Shown: positions 53,632 to 63,535 of the stretch, one piece after another
Numbering within the stretch: position 1 is the first letter of the stretch
Layout: every line of letters begins with the position of its first letter
Assembly: GCF_053078305.1 (NCBI RefSeq)
Contig: NZ_CP166879.1
Direction: 5' to 3' (one strand)
Length of the DNA: 64,000 bases
Made by a program: the position numbers and the translations under genes
Notes under the pieces: model-generated
The model's input: only the letters and a program-made list of their open reading frames with translations
Database searches by the model: none
Told to the model about the DNA's origin: nothing

Positions 53632-53918
53632 GTGATTTCATTACTGAAGATCAGCGTCTGGTCATTCTGCGGTCGCTGGCAGATTACAACGGTGAACTGG
53701 GTGAATCCGTGCTCCAGGACTGTCTGGATGATTACGGCCACCGCGTGTCCCGCGACACCGTTCACACCCACATTGCCTGGCTTGCCGAGCAGGGACTGGT
53801 GCGCAAACGTGTTCTGATTAACGGTTATTTCATCGCAGAGCTGACCGGCCGGGGGCAGGATGTGGCGGAAGGCCGCGCCAGTGTTCCGGGTGTGAAGAAA
53901 CCACGCGCAAGGGGGTAA
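53628..53918 (+). CDS. hypothetical protein (possible winged-helix)
   Basis: 96 aa, basic C-terminus; lies before the terminase genes. Confidence 0.45.
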   Translation: MSDFITEDQRLVILRSLADYNGELGESVLQDCLDDYGHRVSRDTVHTHIAWLAEQGLVRKRVLINGYFIAELTGRGQDVAEGRASVPGVKKPRARG

Positions 53919-53920
53919 CG

Positions 53921-54502
53921 ATGGACAAGCCGACGCGTGGTCGTGTACGCAAGGTGGATTTGCTCCCCGACAGTATCCGTAAGCCGCTGCTGGAAATGCT
54001 GCGTGAAAAACGTCTGACGCAGGTCCAGATCCGCGAGGAAATCAACCGTCTGATCCGTGAGGCGGGCCTGCCGGAAGAGCAGCAGCTTTCACCGGCGGCC
54101 ATCAGCCGGGAAGCCTCCCGTAATGAGCTGATTGCCCGTAACCTGCGTGATTTACGCGAGCAGACAAAAGCCATGATGGCCGAACTGGGGGACAAGCCGA
54201 CCGGTGAAACCACTGCACTGATTCTGGAGATGTCCCGCGCCCTGATGTACCGCCGTCTGCGTGCCGCCACCGAATCCCTGAACAGCGACAGCGACGTGGA
54301 TATGCGTCTTATTAAGGACATCCTCCTGTCAGCACAGCGTGCGGAAAGTGCCGCCGAGCGCAGCATTAAGCGTGAAAAAGAAATCCGGGCTGCATTTGCT
54401 GAAGAGATGGCAAACGCCGTCACCGACGAGCTGCGCGGCGTGGACGGGATGAGTGAACAGCTTGAGTCCCGTATTAAGGGGATTCTGTTGGGTAAAGCCT
54501 GA
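53921..54502 (+). CDS. Mu gp27-like protein (putative terminase small subunit)
   Basis: 193 aa, immediately upstream of and overlapping large terminase start; helical charged protein as in Mu D/gp27 family. Confidence 0.6.
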   Translation: MDKPTRGRVRKVDLLPDSIRKPLLEMLREKRLTQVQIREEINRLIREAGLPEEQQLSPAAISREASRNELIARNLRDLREQTKAMMAELGDKPTGETTALILEMSRALMYRRLRAATESLNSDSDVDMRLIKDILLSAQRAESAAERSIKREKEIRAAFAEEMANAVTDELRGVDGMSEQLESRIKGILLGKA

Positions 54503-56166
54503 TGAATAACGCCGAAGAACGCTCACCCTTACTGACGAATACCGTCTCCACCCGCAAAATTGATCTGGCCGGTGAAAAAGCCCTGCTGGGCGTGGATGTG
54601 CCGGACAGCCTTGATTTGCCCGGTGATATGCCGGTGTTTCTGGATTATCAGGCCCGCTGGTTTGAGGATGAAAGCGAGGTCTGCATCGCGGAAAAATCCC
54701 GCCGCACCGGGCTTACCTGGGCGGAAGCCGGGCGTAACGTCATTACCGCTGCAAAACCGAAGCGGCGTGGTGGCCGCAATGTGTTTTATGTGGGGTCAAA
54801 GCAGGAGATGGCGCTGGAATATATTTCTGCCTGTGCATTGTTCTCCCGTGCCTTTAACCAGCTGGCCGATGCTGATGTGTATGAGCAGACCTTCTGGGAT
54901 CGGGATAAAAAAGAAGAAATTCTGACCTACATGATCCGCTTTCCGAACAGTGGATTCAAAATTCAGGCGCTGTCTTCCCGTCCGTCAAACCTGCGCGGCC
55001 TTCAGGGGGATGTGGTGATTGATGAAGCCGCGTTCCACGAGTCGCTGGATGAACTTCTCAAGGCGGCAATGGCGCTTACCATGTGGGGCGCGCGCGTGCG
55101 TATTATCTCCACGCATAACGGCGTCGATAATCTGTTTAATCAGTACATTCAGGAAGCCCGCGAGGGGCGCAAGGATTACAGCGTCCACCGCATTACCCTG
55201 GATGATGCCATTACGGACGGGTTGTACCGTCGTATCTGTTATGTCACCGGCCGCGAATGGTCACCGGAAAGCGAGCAGAAGTGGCGTGATGATCTCTACA
55301 AAAACGCCCCGACCCGTGAGGATGCCGACGAGGAATACGGCTGTATCCCGAAAAAATCCGGCGGTGCCTATATTCCTCACGCACTTATTGAAATGGCGAT
55401 GATCCGCGACATCCCGATTCTGACGTTTGAAGCCCCGGACGACTTCATCAGCCGTGCCGCATGGCTGCGTGAATCGGAAGTTTTAACCTGGTGTGAAGAA
55501 CATTTAAAACCGCTTTTAGAGGCGTTAAATCCCCGTTCCCGCTTCAGCTTCGGGGAAGACTTTGCCCGCACCGGTGACCTGTCCTGCTTTGTGCTGCTGG
55601 AAATCACTGAATCCCTGGCAAAACGCGAGGTGTTTCGCGTGGAGCTGCGCAACCTGCCGTATGCCCAGCAGGAGCAGGTGATGATGTACATCCTGACCCG
55701 CGTTCCGGCGCTGGTCGGTGCGGCGTTCGACGCCACCGGTAACGGCGGCTATCTGGCCGAAGCCGCGCTGCTGGCCTTTGGCCCGGACATCATCGACTGC
55801 GTGATGTTATCGCCGAAGTGGTACGGCGAGTGGATGCCAAAACTGAAGGCCGAGTTTGAAGATCAGAATATCCTCGTCGCCCGCCATCAGACCACGCTTG
55901 ATGATTTGCGCCATGTGAAGATGGTGAACGGTATCCCGCAAATCGACAAGGGGCGCACGAAGGACCAGAACGCAACGGCTGTGAACGCCCGCCGCCATGG
56001 CGATTTTGCCGTGGCGCTCTGTATGGCAAACCGGGCGTCATACATGGAGGGCTTCATCCTGGATGAATCAGCCTGTCAGGCGCTGCCGGAGCGGTCGCGG
56101 GCAATGGAGGGCGGTTATCGTGATGACGATGAGGCATATCATGAATTTGATCGGGGGTGCTGGTAG
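54502..56166 (+). CDS. terminase large subunit (Mu gp28-like)
   Basis: 554 aa, N-terminal ATPase region and C-terminal nuclease-like region (VVIDEAAFHE, acidic residues); position as Mu E/gp28. Confidence 0.75.
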   Translation: MNNAEERSPLLTNTVSTRKIDLAGEKALLGVDVPDSLDLPGDMPVFLDYQARWFEDESEVCIAEKSRRTGLTWAEAGRNVITAAKPKRRGGRNVFYVGSKQEMALEYISACALFSRAFNQLADADVYEQTFWDRDKKEEILTYMIRFPNSGFKIQALSSRPSNLRGLQGDVVIDEAAFHESLDELLKAAMALTMWGARVRIISTHNGVDNLFNQYIQEAREGRKDYSVHRITLDDAITDGLYRRICYVTGREWSPESEQKWRDDLYKNAPTREDADEEYGCIPKKSGGAYIPHALIEMAMIRDIPILTFEAPDDFISRAAWLRESEVLTWCEEHLKPLLEALNPRSRFSFGEDFARTGDLSCFVLLEITESLAKREVFRVELRNLPYAQQEQVMMYILTRVPALVGAAFDATGNGGYLAEAALLAFGPDIIDCVMLSPKWYGEWMPKLKAEFEDQNILVARHQTTLDDLRHVKMVNGIPQIDKGRTKDQNATAVNARRHGDFAVALCMANRASYMEGFILDESACQALPERSRAMEGGYRDDDEAYHEFDRGCW

Positions 56167-57755
56167 TGGGACGCATAATTGATCTTGACGGAAAACCTTT
56201 CTCCTTTGACCCGGAGATGCAGAGTGCCGTGCTGGATATTCCGCAGATTGCCAGCCGTTATATTGAGCATCCGGCCTCGGGTATCACCCCGAACCGGGCG
56301 GCACAGTGCCTTCGCGGGGCTGAACGTGGCGATCTGATTGCCCAGTCCGATCTGGCCGCTGACATTGAAGAAAAGGATACCCATCTTTTTGCAGAGCTGG
56401 GCAAGCGACGTCTTGCCATTCAGGGGGTGCCCTGGAGTATTGAGCCGCCCCCGAACGCCAGCGCGAATGAGAAAAAGGACGCGGAAATGCTCGACGAATA
56501 CCTGCATTCCGCCGACTGGTTTGATGCCATGCTGTTTGATGCCACCGATGCCATCCTGAAAGGCTATTCCTGCATGGAGATTGAGCACGGGATGCTCGGT
56601 AAAATGCACATCATCCGCGCCATCCGCTGGCGTGACAGCGGGCATTTCTGCCTTAACCCGGATGATTTGAGCGAACTGCGGCTGCGTGACGGCAGCCATG
56701 CCGGGGTGGCGTTTCAGCCCTTTGGCTGGATAGTGCATCAGTCACGTTCACGCACCGGTTACGGCGGCGCAACAGGGCTTGTCAGAACGCTTATCTGGCC
56801 GTTCATTTTCAAAAACTATTCCGTGCGCGATCTGGCTGAATTTCTGGAGGTGTACGGCCTGCCGATGAAGGTCGGTAAATACCCGTCCGGGGCAACACCG
56901 GAGCAGAAAAGCGCCCTGATGCGGGCGGTGATGGATATCGGGCGACGTACAGGCGGGATCATCCCGGCCGGGATGTCGCTGGAGTTTCAGGCAGCCGCGA
57001 ACGGTCAGGCCGATCCGTTTGAAACCATGATTTCGTGGGGGGAGCGTTCCATCTCCAAAGCAATACTCGGCGGCACGCTGACCACGGAAGCCGGAGACAA
57101 AGGCGCGCGCTCGCTGGGTGAAGTGCATAACGAGGTGCGCCGGGAAATCAGGGATTCTGATTTACGCCAGCTGGCCGCCACGCTGAACCGCGATCTGGTG
57201 TATCCGCTGTATGCCCTGAACACCGCCCACGCCATTGATATCCGTCGCCTGCCGCGTATCTGTTTCCAGACAAAAGAGCCGGGGGATATCACCAAAATCA
57301 CCAGTGCGGTGATGCAGCTCAGTACGGGGATGGATATTCCTGATCCCTGGATAAGGGAGCAGACCGGTATTCCGCAGCCCACGCCCGGTGAAGCCATCTT
57401 CCGTGTCCGTCAGAGTGGAAATGAACCTGCTCAGACAGACAAAGAGATGCCACCGGAAAAACAGGAGAAGACAGAGCAGACAGCGCTGGCTGCCAGACTG
57501 CCGGAAGCGAAAAGCAGCCCCCGTGATGAACTGGACGACATGGGGGATGCGGTGCCTGCCCGCCGGTTACAGGAGGCCATCGACCCGCTACTGGAGCCGG
57601 TCATTGATGCCATCAGAACGCGGGGGCTGGCGGAGGCACTGGCAGACCTGCCCGCCCTTTACCGTGAAATGGATGATTCCCGCCTGATGACGCTGCTCAG
57701 TGATGCCATGTTTGCTGCGGAAATGAAGGGGATGCTGGATGGCACAGGGGATTGA
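56157..57755 (+). CDS. portal protein (Mu gp29-like)
   Basis: 532 aa, GTG start overlapping terminase end; size and position as Mu H portal. Confidence 0.75.
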   Translation: MLVVGRIIDLDGKPFSFDPEMQSAVLDIPQIASRYIEHPASGITPNRAAQCLRGAERGDLIAQSDLAADIEEKDTHLFAELGKRRLAIQGVPWSIEPPPNASANEKKDAEMLDEYLHSADWFDAMLFDATDAILKGYSCMEIEHGMLGKMHIIRAIRWRDSGHFCLNPDDLSELRLRDGSHAGVAFQPFGWIVHQSRSRTGYGGATGLVRTLIWPFIFKNYSVRDLAEFLEVYGLPMKVGKYPSGATPEQKSALMRAVMDIGRRTGGIIPAGMSLEFQAAANGQADPFETMISWGERSISKAILGGTLTTEAGDKGARSLGEVHNEVRREIRDSDLRQLAATLNRDLVYPLYALNTAHAIDIRRLPRICFQTKEPGDITKITSAVMQLSTGMDIPDPWIREQTGIPQPTPGEAIFRVRQSGNEPAQTDKEMPPEKQEKTEQTALAARLPEAKSSPRDELDDMGDAVPARRLQEAIDPLLEPVIDAIRTRGLAEALADLPALYREMDDSRLMTLLSDAMFAAEMKGMLDGTGD

Positions 57756-59064
57756 TTTAGGTTATGCCGCCACCCTTCCCTCAAAAGAGGCGGTGGCATA
57801 CTTCCGCGCCAAAGGGGCGCATATCAGCTGGAACTGGTTCGAAACAGACGCGGATGTTCATGCCCGTTCATTCACGGCGGCAAAAGCGGCACGCCTGGAC
57901 GTACTGACTACACTACAGGCGGAAGTGCAACGGGCTATTGATGAGGGGATTTCACAGAAAGCATTTATCCGCACACTGACCCCCCGCCTGCAAAAGCTGG
58001 GATGGTGGGGAAAGCAGATTGTGGTGGACAGCGCTGGTAACGCAGAAGAAGTGCAGCTGGGCAGTCCCCGCCGTCTGGCGCTGATTTACAACGTGAACAC
58101 CCGCGTGGCTTACAATGCCGGGCGTTACACGCAGATGATGAACAACACGGACACGCATCCGTTCTGGCAGTATGTGGCGGTGATGGACAGCCGCACCCGC
58201 CCGGCGCATTCCGCCCTTAACGGGCTGGTATTCCGCTATGACGATCCGTTCTGGAAAACACACTACCCGCCCAATGGCTGGAACTGCCGCTGCCGTGTCC
58301 GGCCATTGTCTCAGGCCCGTCTGGATGCGATGGGGCTGTCTGTTTCATCCGGTCAGGATCATCTCTCCACCCGCAATGTTGAGGCTGGCGTGGATAAGCA
58401 GACCGGGGAAGTCAGAGAAATGCCGGTGACCACATATTCAGATGGCACCAGAACCATGACACCGGATGTGGGCTGGTCATATAACCCCGGTTCGGCGGCG
58501 TTCGGCACAGACCAGGCGCTGATCCGTAAACTGATCGAGGTGAAAAGCCCGGCGTTACGGGAAATGGTGGTTCAGGAGATGAACAACAGCCCGGAGCGGC
58601 AGCTGGCGTTCCGCATCTGGGCAAAAAACATCATGAAAACCCGGCGAGGCGGTAACGATATCCGCACGCTGGGCTTTATGACCGAAAGTATTGCGCAGGC
58701 GGTGGAAAGCCGGACGGGAACGCCACCGGCCCGCCTGCTGGCGATGAGCGGTAAAAATGTGCTCCATGCGGACAGCGTGAAACATCAGAATGACGGTATC
58801 GCCCTGACGCCGGAGGATTTCGCGCAGTTTCCCGCCATGCTGGCTGCCCCCGATGCCGTGCTGTGGGATCATGTCCATCAGAACTTGCTTTACATCACTG
58901 AAACCCGTGACGGAACGGCAAAGATTGCCGTCAATGCGCCTTATAGTGTGAAACGTCAGCCGGATAAGCTGGATGTGGTGATTAATGCCTATAGAGTGAG
59001 CAGGAATACTCTGATTGATGCTGTTCAGGGAGGTAAGATGGAGATCCTCGAAGGGAAATTGTAA
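57739..59064 (+). CDS. head morphogenesis protein (Mu F-like)
   Basis: 441 aa, conserved Mu F-family block ...MDSRTRPAHSALNGLVFRYDDPFWKTHYPPNGWNCRCRVRPL... Confidence 0.8.
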   Translation: MAQGIDLGYAATLPSKEAVAYFRAKGAHISWNWFETDADVHARSFTAAKAARLDVLTTLQAEVQRAIDEGISQKAFIRTLTPRLQKLGWWGKQIVVDSAGNAEEVQLGSPRRLALIYNVNTRVAYNAGRYTQMMNNTDTHPFWQYVAVMDSRTRPAHSALNGLVFRYDDPFWKTHYPPNGWNCRCRVRPLSQARLDAMGLSVSSGQDHLSTRNVEAGVDKQTGEVREMPVTTYSDGTRTMTPDVGWSYNPGSAAFGTDQALIRKLIEVKSPALREMVVQEMNNSPERQLAFRIWAKNIMKTRRGGNDIRTLGFMTESIAQAVESRTGTPPARLLAMSGKNVLHADSVKHQNDGIALTPEDFAQFPAMLAAPDAVLWDHVHQNLLYITETRDGTAKIAVNAPYSVKRQPDKLDVVINAYRVSRNTLIDAVQGGKMEILEGKL

Positions 59065-59160
59065 GTCGGTGGTGGGGGTCGAACCCACATAAACATCCTT
59101 CGGGTGAAGATATCCCTCAGGTGCCGCTTTACCAGTTAAGAGTACACCGACCTGCTTTTA
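59065..59160 (-). other. tRNA-like structured element (T-arm plus acceptor stem), not a canonical tRNA
   Basis: Minus strand reads GTCGGTG...GTGGG-TTCGACC-CCCAC-CACCGAC: 7-bp acceptor-like stem and canonical T-arm, but no foldable D or anticodon arm; plus strand ends in ctgcttttatttt. Confidence 0.3.
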
Positions 59161-59189
59161 TTTTAACCAGGTAGTTTCACGGAGGCAAT

Positions 59190-59663
59190 ATGTCATCCAT
59201 TGATGCCGCTGTCGTTGTTGACGTTACGCGTCTCCAGCGGGTCTTTGCCCGGCTTCAGTTTGTGGGTGGTGGAAAAGACCTGGCCCGCAGTGTGGCGGCG
59301 AGTCTTCTGTCATCGTCAGAAATGGCGTTTGAACAGGAAAAAGAGCCGGACGGCGAACGCTGGCATGACTGGTCAGATCCTTACCGCAAGTGGCGTACCC
59401 GTAAGGGATACATGCCCGGCAAAATCCTGACGCTGAACGGCGATCTGGCCCGACGCCTGACCACGGATTATGGAGATACCTGGGCGCTGATTGGATCAAA
59501 TGAGCCTTATGCGGCCATTCATCAGTGGGGTGGCCTGCCAGGTATGCCGCCTGGACCGGCGGCCATTGGTGCACGTCCGTATATGGGCTTTGATCAGGTG
59601 GCAGAGCAGGAGATCATGGACGAAATCAGAAAACGCTTTAAAAAGGCCACAGAAACGCCTTAA
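59190..59663 (+). CDS. virion morphogenesis protein (Mu G-like)
   Basis: 157 aa, size and position after F as Mu gp31. Confidence 0.65.
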   Translation: MSSIDAAVVVDVTRLQRVFARLQFVGGGKDLARSVAASLLSSSEMAFEQEKEPDGERWHDWSDPYRKWRTRKGYMPGKILTLNGDLARRLTTDYGDTWALIGSNEPYAAIHQWGGLPGMPPGPAAIGARPYMGFDQVAEQEIMDEIRKRFKKATETP

Positions 59664-59838
59664 TTGTTTAAGGTATGCAAATGCATTACCTTACCCCCTT
59701 CAGGCGCGTGTCGTGATTTTCTAACCTGTATTTAACGGGCTTTAAAATCTGCGTGAAGCGCCTTTGCATTTTTCCCTGAAAATACTTCCTGAAATCCCGC
59801 AAAACCCGCCCTGAAAATTCCCGGCTTATGCTGCCGGT

Positions 59839-60972
59839 ATGAAGACAGAAAATCACCCAAAAGACGCAAATCGCCCCTCTGGTTTAGCCGTGCTTTCAGC
59901 TTCGCTGACTGCATCCGGCGACGGATGGTGTCAGTTACTGCCAGCAGGCAGGGTAAAGGCCCGTGACGGTCGCCCGGAAAAACCGGCTGAAGGCTGGCTG
60001 ATTAACGAATCCGCCTGCAACCGGATGAAAGCCGGGCTTTCCGCCCTGAATCAGCCGTTACTGATTGATTATGACCATCACTCCATGAATGCGCGGAAAA
60101 ACGGATTCAAGGCCATTGCCGCAGGTTGGGTTAAGCCGGAAAACATCGAATGGCGTGAGGGTCAGGGGATTTTCATTAAACCTGAATGGACGCCGCAGGC
60201 CCAAAAACATATTGATGACCGTGAATATGCCTATCTGTCTGCGTATATGCATTATTTCGCTGACACCGGGGAACCCTACCTGTTGCGCATGGCTTCCCTG
60301 ACGAATGATCCAGGTATTACGGGTATGAACCCTGTCGCAGCACTCAGTGCTGACGATCTCTATGTAGTTTCCCCTTCTCAGGAGCAACACCCCATGAATG
60401 AGCAATTACGCCAGTTGCTGACGGCGCTCGGTCTGACCGTGGCTGATGGTGACGAATTTACGCCGGAGCTGGGCACGGCAGCGCTGTCTGCCCTCACCGG
60501 GATCAAAACCCGTGCGGATGCACACGACAACCTGAAAACACAGGTCGCCTGTCTGTCGGCAGAGCTGGAAACTGCAAAAGGCACACCGGCTGGCGGCAGT
60601 ATTGATCTGACGAAATACGTGCCCGTTGAAACGTATAACGCCCTGCGTACCGAATACGTTGCGCTGTCGGCGCAGCACGGCAGCACCACGCTGGAGCAGT
60701 TGCTGGACAAGGCCGAGTCCGAAGGACGCATCTTCAAAAGTGAACGCGGCTATCTGGAACAACTGGGCGGGCAGATTGGCGTGGCGGCACTTTCTGCACA
60801 GCTTGACGCCCGACAGCCGGTTGCGGCCCTGACCGGTCTTCAGACCGACACCGTGACCGTGCCGGATAAAAAGACTGCCACCGCTGTGCTGTCGGCTGAA
60901 GATATCGCGGCCGCCAAACTGCTGGGTAAAACCGAAGCCGAGTTCCTGAAAATGAAAGAGGAAATGCAATAA
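59839..60972 (+). CDS. head maturation protease / scaffold (Mu I-like)
   Basis: 377 aa, immediately upstream of major capsid gene; alanine-rich helical C-terminal half typical of scaffold. Confidence 0.7.
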   Translation: MKTENHPKDANRPSGLAVLSASLTASGDGWCQLLPAGRVKARDGRPEKPAEGWLINESACNRMKAGLSALNQPLLIDYDHHSMNARKNGFKAIAAGWVKPENIEWREGQGIFIKPEWTPQAQKHIDDREYAYLSAYMHYFADTGEPYLLRMASLTNDPGITGMNPVAALSADDLYVVSPSQEQHPMNEQLRQLLTALGLTVADGDEFTPELGTAALSALTGIKTRADAHDNLKTQVACLSAELETAKGTPAGGSIDLTKYVPVETYNALRTEYVALSAQHGSTTLEQLLDKAESEGRIFKSERGYLEQLGGQIGVAALSAQLDARQPVAALTGLQTDTVTVPDKKTATAVLSAEDIAAAKLLGKTEAEFLKMKEEMQ

Positions 60973-61919
60973 TGCCTACCCCGATTACACCGGCGATGAT
61001 CACCGCCCTGATGACGGGCTACCGTTCTGATTTTCAGGCCGGGATGTCCATGGCCCCGTCGCAGTACAAAAAAATTGCGATGACCGTGCCCTCCACATCG
61101 AAATCCAACACCTACGGCTGGCTGGGGCATGCGCCTCATTTTCGTGAGTGGATTGGTTCTCGTGTGATCCAGAAAATGAAAGCGCACGGTTATTCCATTG
61201 TAAACAAGACCTGGGAAGATACCGTCCCTGTTAATCGTGATGATTTTGAGGACGATAATCTCGGTATTTACTCGCCTTTATTTCAGGAGCTTGGTCGTGC
61301 CGCTGCTGTTCAGCCGGATGAGCTTGTATTTGCTGCTCTGCGTGATGGTCTGAAAAGTGCGTGTTACGACGGTCAGAACTTCTTTGATACCGAACACCCC
61401 GTCTACCCAAATGTGGATGGTACCGGTGATGTGGCGCTGGTCAGCAACATGTTTGTGGCAAAAACCGGCTCTGTCGGTGCACAGGCGGATTACAGCGGAC
61501 CGGCCTGGTATCTGCTCGACTGCTCCCGTGCAATAAAACCCATCATCTATCAGAGCCGCCGCAAGGTTGAACTGGTTGCACAGACCAAAATTGATGAAGG
61601 TCGCGCATTCACTGATAACGAGTTTGTGTTCGGTGCATCCGTTCGTCACAACGTGGGCTACGGCTTCTGGCAGATGGCCTACATGATGCAGTCACCGCTG
61701 ACGCTGGATGCACTGTGGCACGGCTGGTCAGCCATGCGCGAATTTACCGCTGACGGTGGCCGCAAATTAGGCATAAAACCCACCCATATTGTTGTCCCCA
61801 CCTCGCTGGAAAAACAGGCGGTGCAGCTGCTGGAGCGTGAACTGTTCGCAGACGGAAACGCAACCGTCTCTAACGAGATGAAGGGCAAGCTGGAGCTGGT
61901 TGTCGCGGATTATCTGTAA
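60972..61919 (+). CDS. major capsid protein (Mu T-like)
   Basis: 315 aa, start overlaps I stop (TAATG); size and position as Mu gp34. Confidence 0.75.
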   Translation: MPTPITPAMITALMTGYRSDFQAGMSMAPSQYKKIAMTVPSTSKSNTYGWLGHAPHFREWIGSRVIQKMKAHGYSIVNKTWEDTVPVNRDDFEDDNLGIYSPLFQELGRAAAVQPDELVFAALRDGLKSACYDGQNFFDTEHPVYPNVDGTGDVALVSNMFVAKTGSVGAQADYSGPAWYLLDCSRAIKPIIYQSRRKVELVAQTKIDEGRAFTDNEFVFGASVRHNVGYGFWQMAYMMQSPLTLDALWHGWSAMREFTADGGRKLGIKPTHIVVPTSLEKQAVQLLERELFADGNATVSNEMKGKLELVVADYL

Positions 61920-61962
61920 ATGGTGAGCCGGGCTTACGGCCCGGCCCCTGCGGAGGGCAAAT

Positions 61963-62316
61963 ATGAATGAACATCACACTGTGGCAGCAACAGATGATTC
62001 AGGTCTTCAGGTCAGTGGTGACAATTCTGTCACGGTGCTGGCAGAAGTGCGTTGCAGTCGTTCGGCGTTTCGTCGTGCGGGGTTCCTGTTCACGCGTGGA
62101 CGTCAGCAGGTTGAGGTCACCCCGGAGCAGCTTGCCCGACTGGAGGCGGAGCCATGCCTCACTGTGCGAATACTACAGACGTCTGCTGATGATGCGGGGA
62201 GCGTGGCGGGTGTGGTTCATGCAGTGGCCGGTACAGATTTAGCCGAAGCCGGACAGGATGCTCCCCGGAAAAAGACCGGTAACAAAGCGAAACAGGCGAA
62301 AAAGGCCCGCGCATGA
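61963..62316 (+). CDS. hypothetical head-region protein
   Basis: 117 aa, lysine-rich C-terminus; start uncertain. Confidence 0.4.
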   Translation: MNEHHTVAATDDSGLQVSGDNSVTVLAEVRCSRSAFRRAGFLFTRGRQQVEVTPEQLARLEAEPCLTVRILQTSADDAGSVAGVVHAVAGTDLAEAGQDAPRKKTGNKAKQAKKARA

Positions 62317-62732
62317 ATTACGCCACTGAAACCGATATGCGGGCGCGTTACCGCGAGGATTTGCTCAGGCCGTTACTGGCTGTGCCCCGTTCGGATGAGC
62401 CGGACATGCGCAAGCTGAACCGGGCGCTGACAGATGCGTCAGCCCTTATCGACAGCTATCTGTCCGCCCGTTACACGCTGCCGCTGGAGGTTATCCCGGC
62501 TGTTCTTGTTCAGCACTGTTGCGCGATTGCCTTTTATTACCTGTGCGATCAGCGAGCCTCCGATCAGGCGCGTGACCGTTACCGTGAGGCGCTGGCCTGG
62601 CTGAAAGATGTCATGAACGGCAATGTGCCGGTAGGTGTGGATACGAACGGAGCGGCCCCTGAATCCGGGGATTTACCACAGGTTCAGTCTGATGCAGCGG
62701 TATTCGGGCGCAACCAGAAGGGCTTCATATGA
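62313..62732 (+). CDS. Mu gp36-like head completion protein
   Basis: 139 aa, conserved position after capsid gene. Confidence 0.55.
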   Translation: MNYATETDMRARYREDLLRPLLAVPRSDEPDMRKLNRALTDASALIDSYLSARYTLPLEVIPAVLVQHCCAIAFYYLCDQRASDQARDRYREALAWLKDVMNGNVPVGVDTNGAAPESGDLPQVQSDAAVFGRNQKGFI

Positions 62733-63289
62733 TTACGGAAACCGAACAGGCATACATCGCCCGTATCCGTGAGTATTTCGGGAATGAACTTGTGTCTGTT
62801 GACACGCATCCCGGCGACTGGAGCGACAGCGTACTGCGCACCATGCTGATTAACGCCCCGGCGATCTACGTTGCCTGGCTGGGTGCCGGTGAAGGCCGTA
62901 CCCGTGGTCGCCTGGTCAGTCACTGGGTGTTCTACGTCATCGGCGACATGCTCAACGGGCGTGAGGCCAGCCGTCCCGGACTGTATCAGATTGTGGCCCG
63001 GCTGATTGCCGTGCTTAACGGCTTCAGAACAGAAAAAACCTCACCGCTTTACTTTGAAAAGGCGGTCAACGGTTACACTGAAACCCAGGCGGACAGTGGT
63101 GCGGTGATGTATGCGCTTTATTTCTCCTGCGAGGAAATGATCGCGCCACTGACGGATATCAGCTCGCTGGACGACTTCCTGCGTCATTACGAAACCTTTG
63201 TGGAGCCGCCCGGTACGCTGCCGTTTGAGGCACATATTGATTTGCCGGGGAACACGACAACGGCGGTCGAACCGCCGGAGGAACTGTAA
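62729..63289 (+). CDS. Mu gp37-like protein
   Basis: 186 aa, conserved position. Confidence 0.55.
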   Translation: MITETEQAYIARIREYFGNELVSVDTHPGDWSDSVLRTMLINAPAIYVAWLGAGEGRTRGRLVSHWVFYVIGDMLNGREASRPGLYQIVARLIAVLNGFRTEKTSPLYFEKAVNGYTETQADSGAVMYALYFSCEEMIAPLTDISSLDDFLRHYETFVEPPGTLPFEAHIDLPGNTTTAVEPPEEL

Positions 63290-63535
63290 ATGAAAACCAT
63301 CTTTATCAAACCCGCGCCGGGACGCCTGATTCGTGATCCCGACACAATGCGCCCGCTGGCACAGGAGGGGGAGGAAAAGCCCTTCACGCCGTTCTGGTGT
63401 CGGCGTCTTGATGACGGCGATGTCATTCAGGCTGAAAAAGCCGCTGAAGAGGCTCCGGCTGTATCTGCGGATGCAACGACTGCGACAGAAAAACCGGTCG
63501 CCCAACCGGCATCCGATAAGGAGAAACCGCAATGA
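63290..63535 (+). CDS. hypothetical protein preceding tail sheath gene
   Basis: 81 aa ORF. Confidence 0.4.
   Translation: MKTIFIKPAPGRLIRDPDTMRPLAQEGEEKPFTPFWCRRLDDGDVIQAEKAAEEAPAVSADATTATEKPVAQPASDKEKPQ

Noticed and set aside
59065..59160. Calling the F-G spacer element a bona fide tRNA gene
   Set aside because: Only the acceptor stem and T-arm fold canonically; no D-arm or anticodon stem-loop could be built, so it is reported as tRNA-like only.
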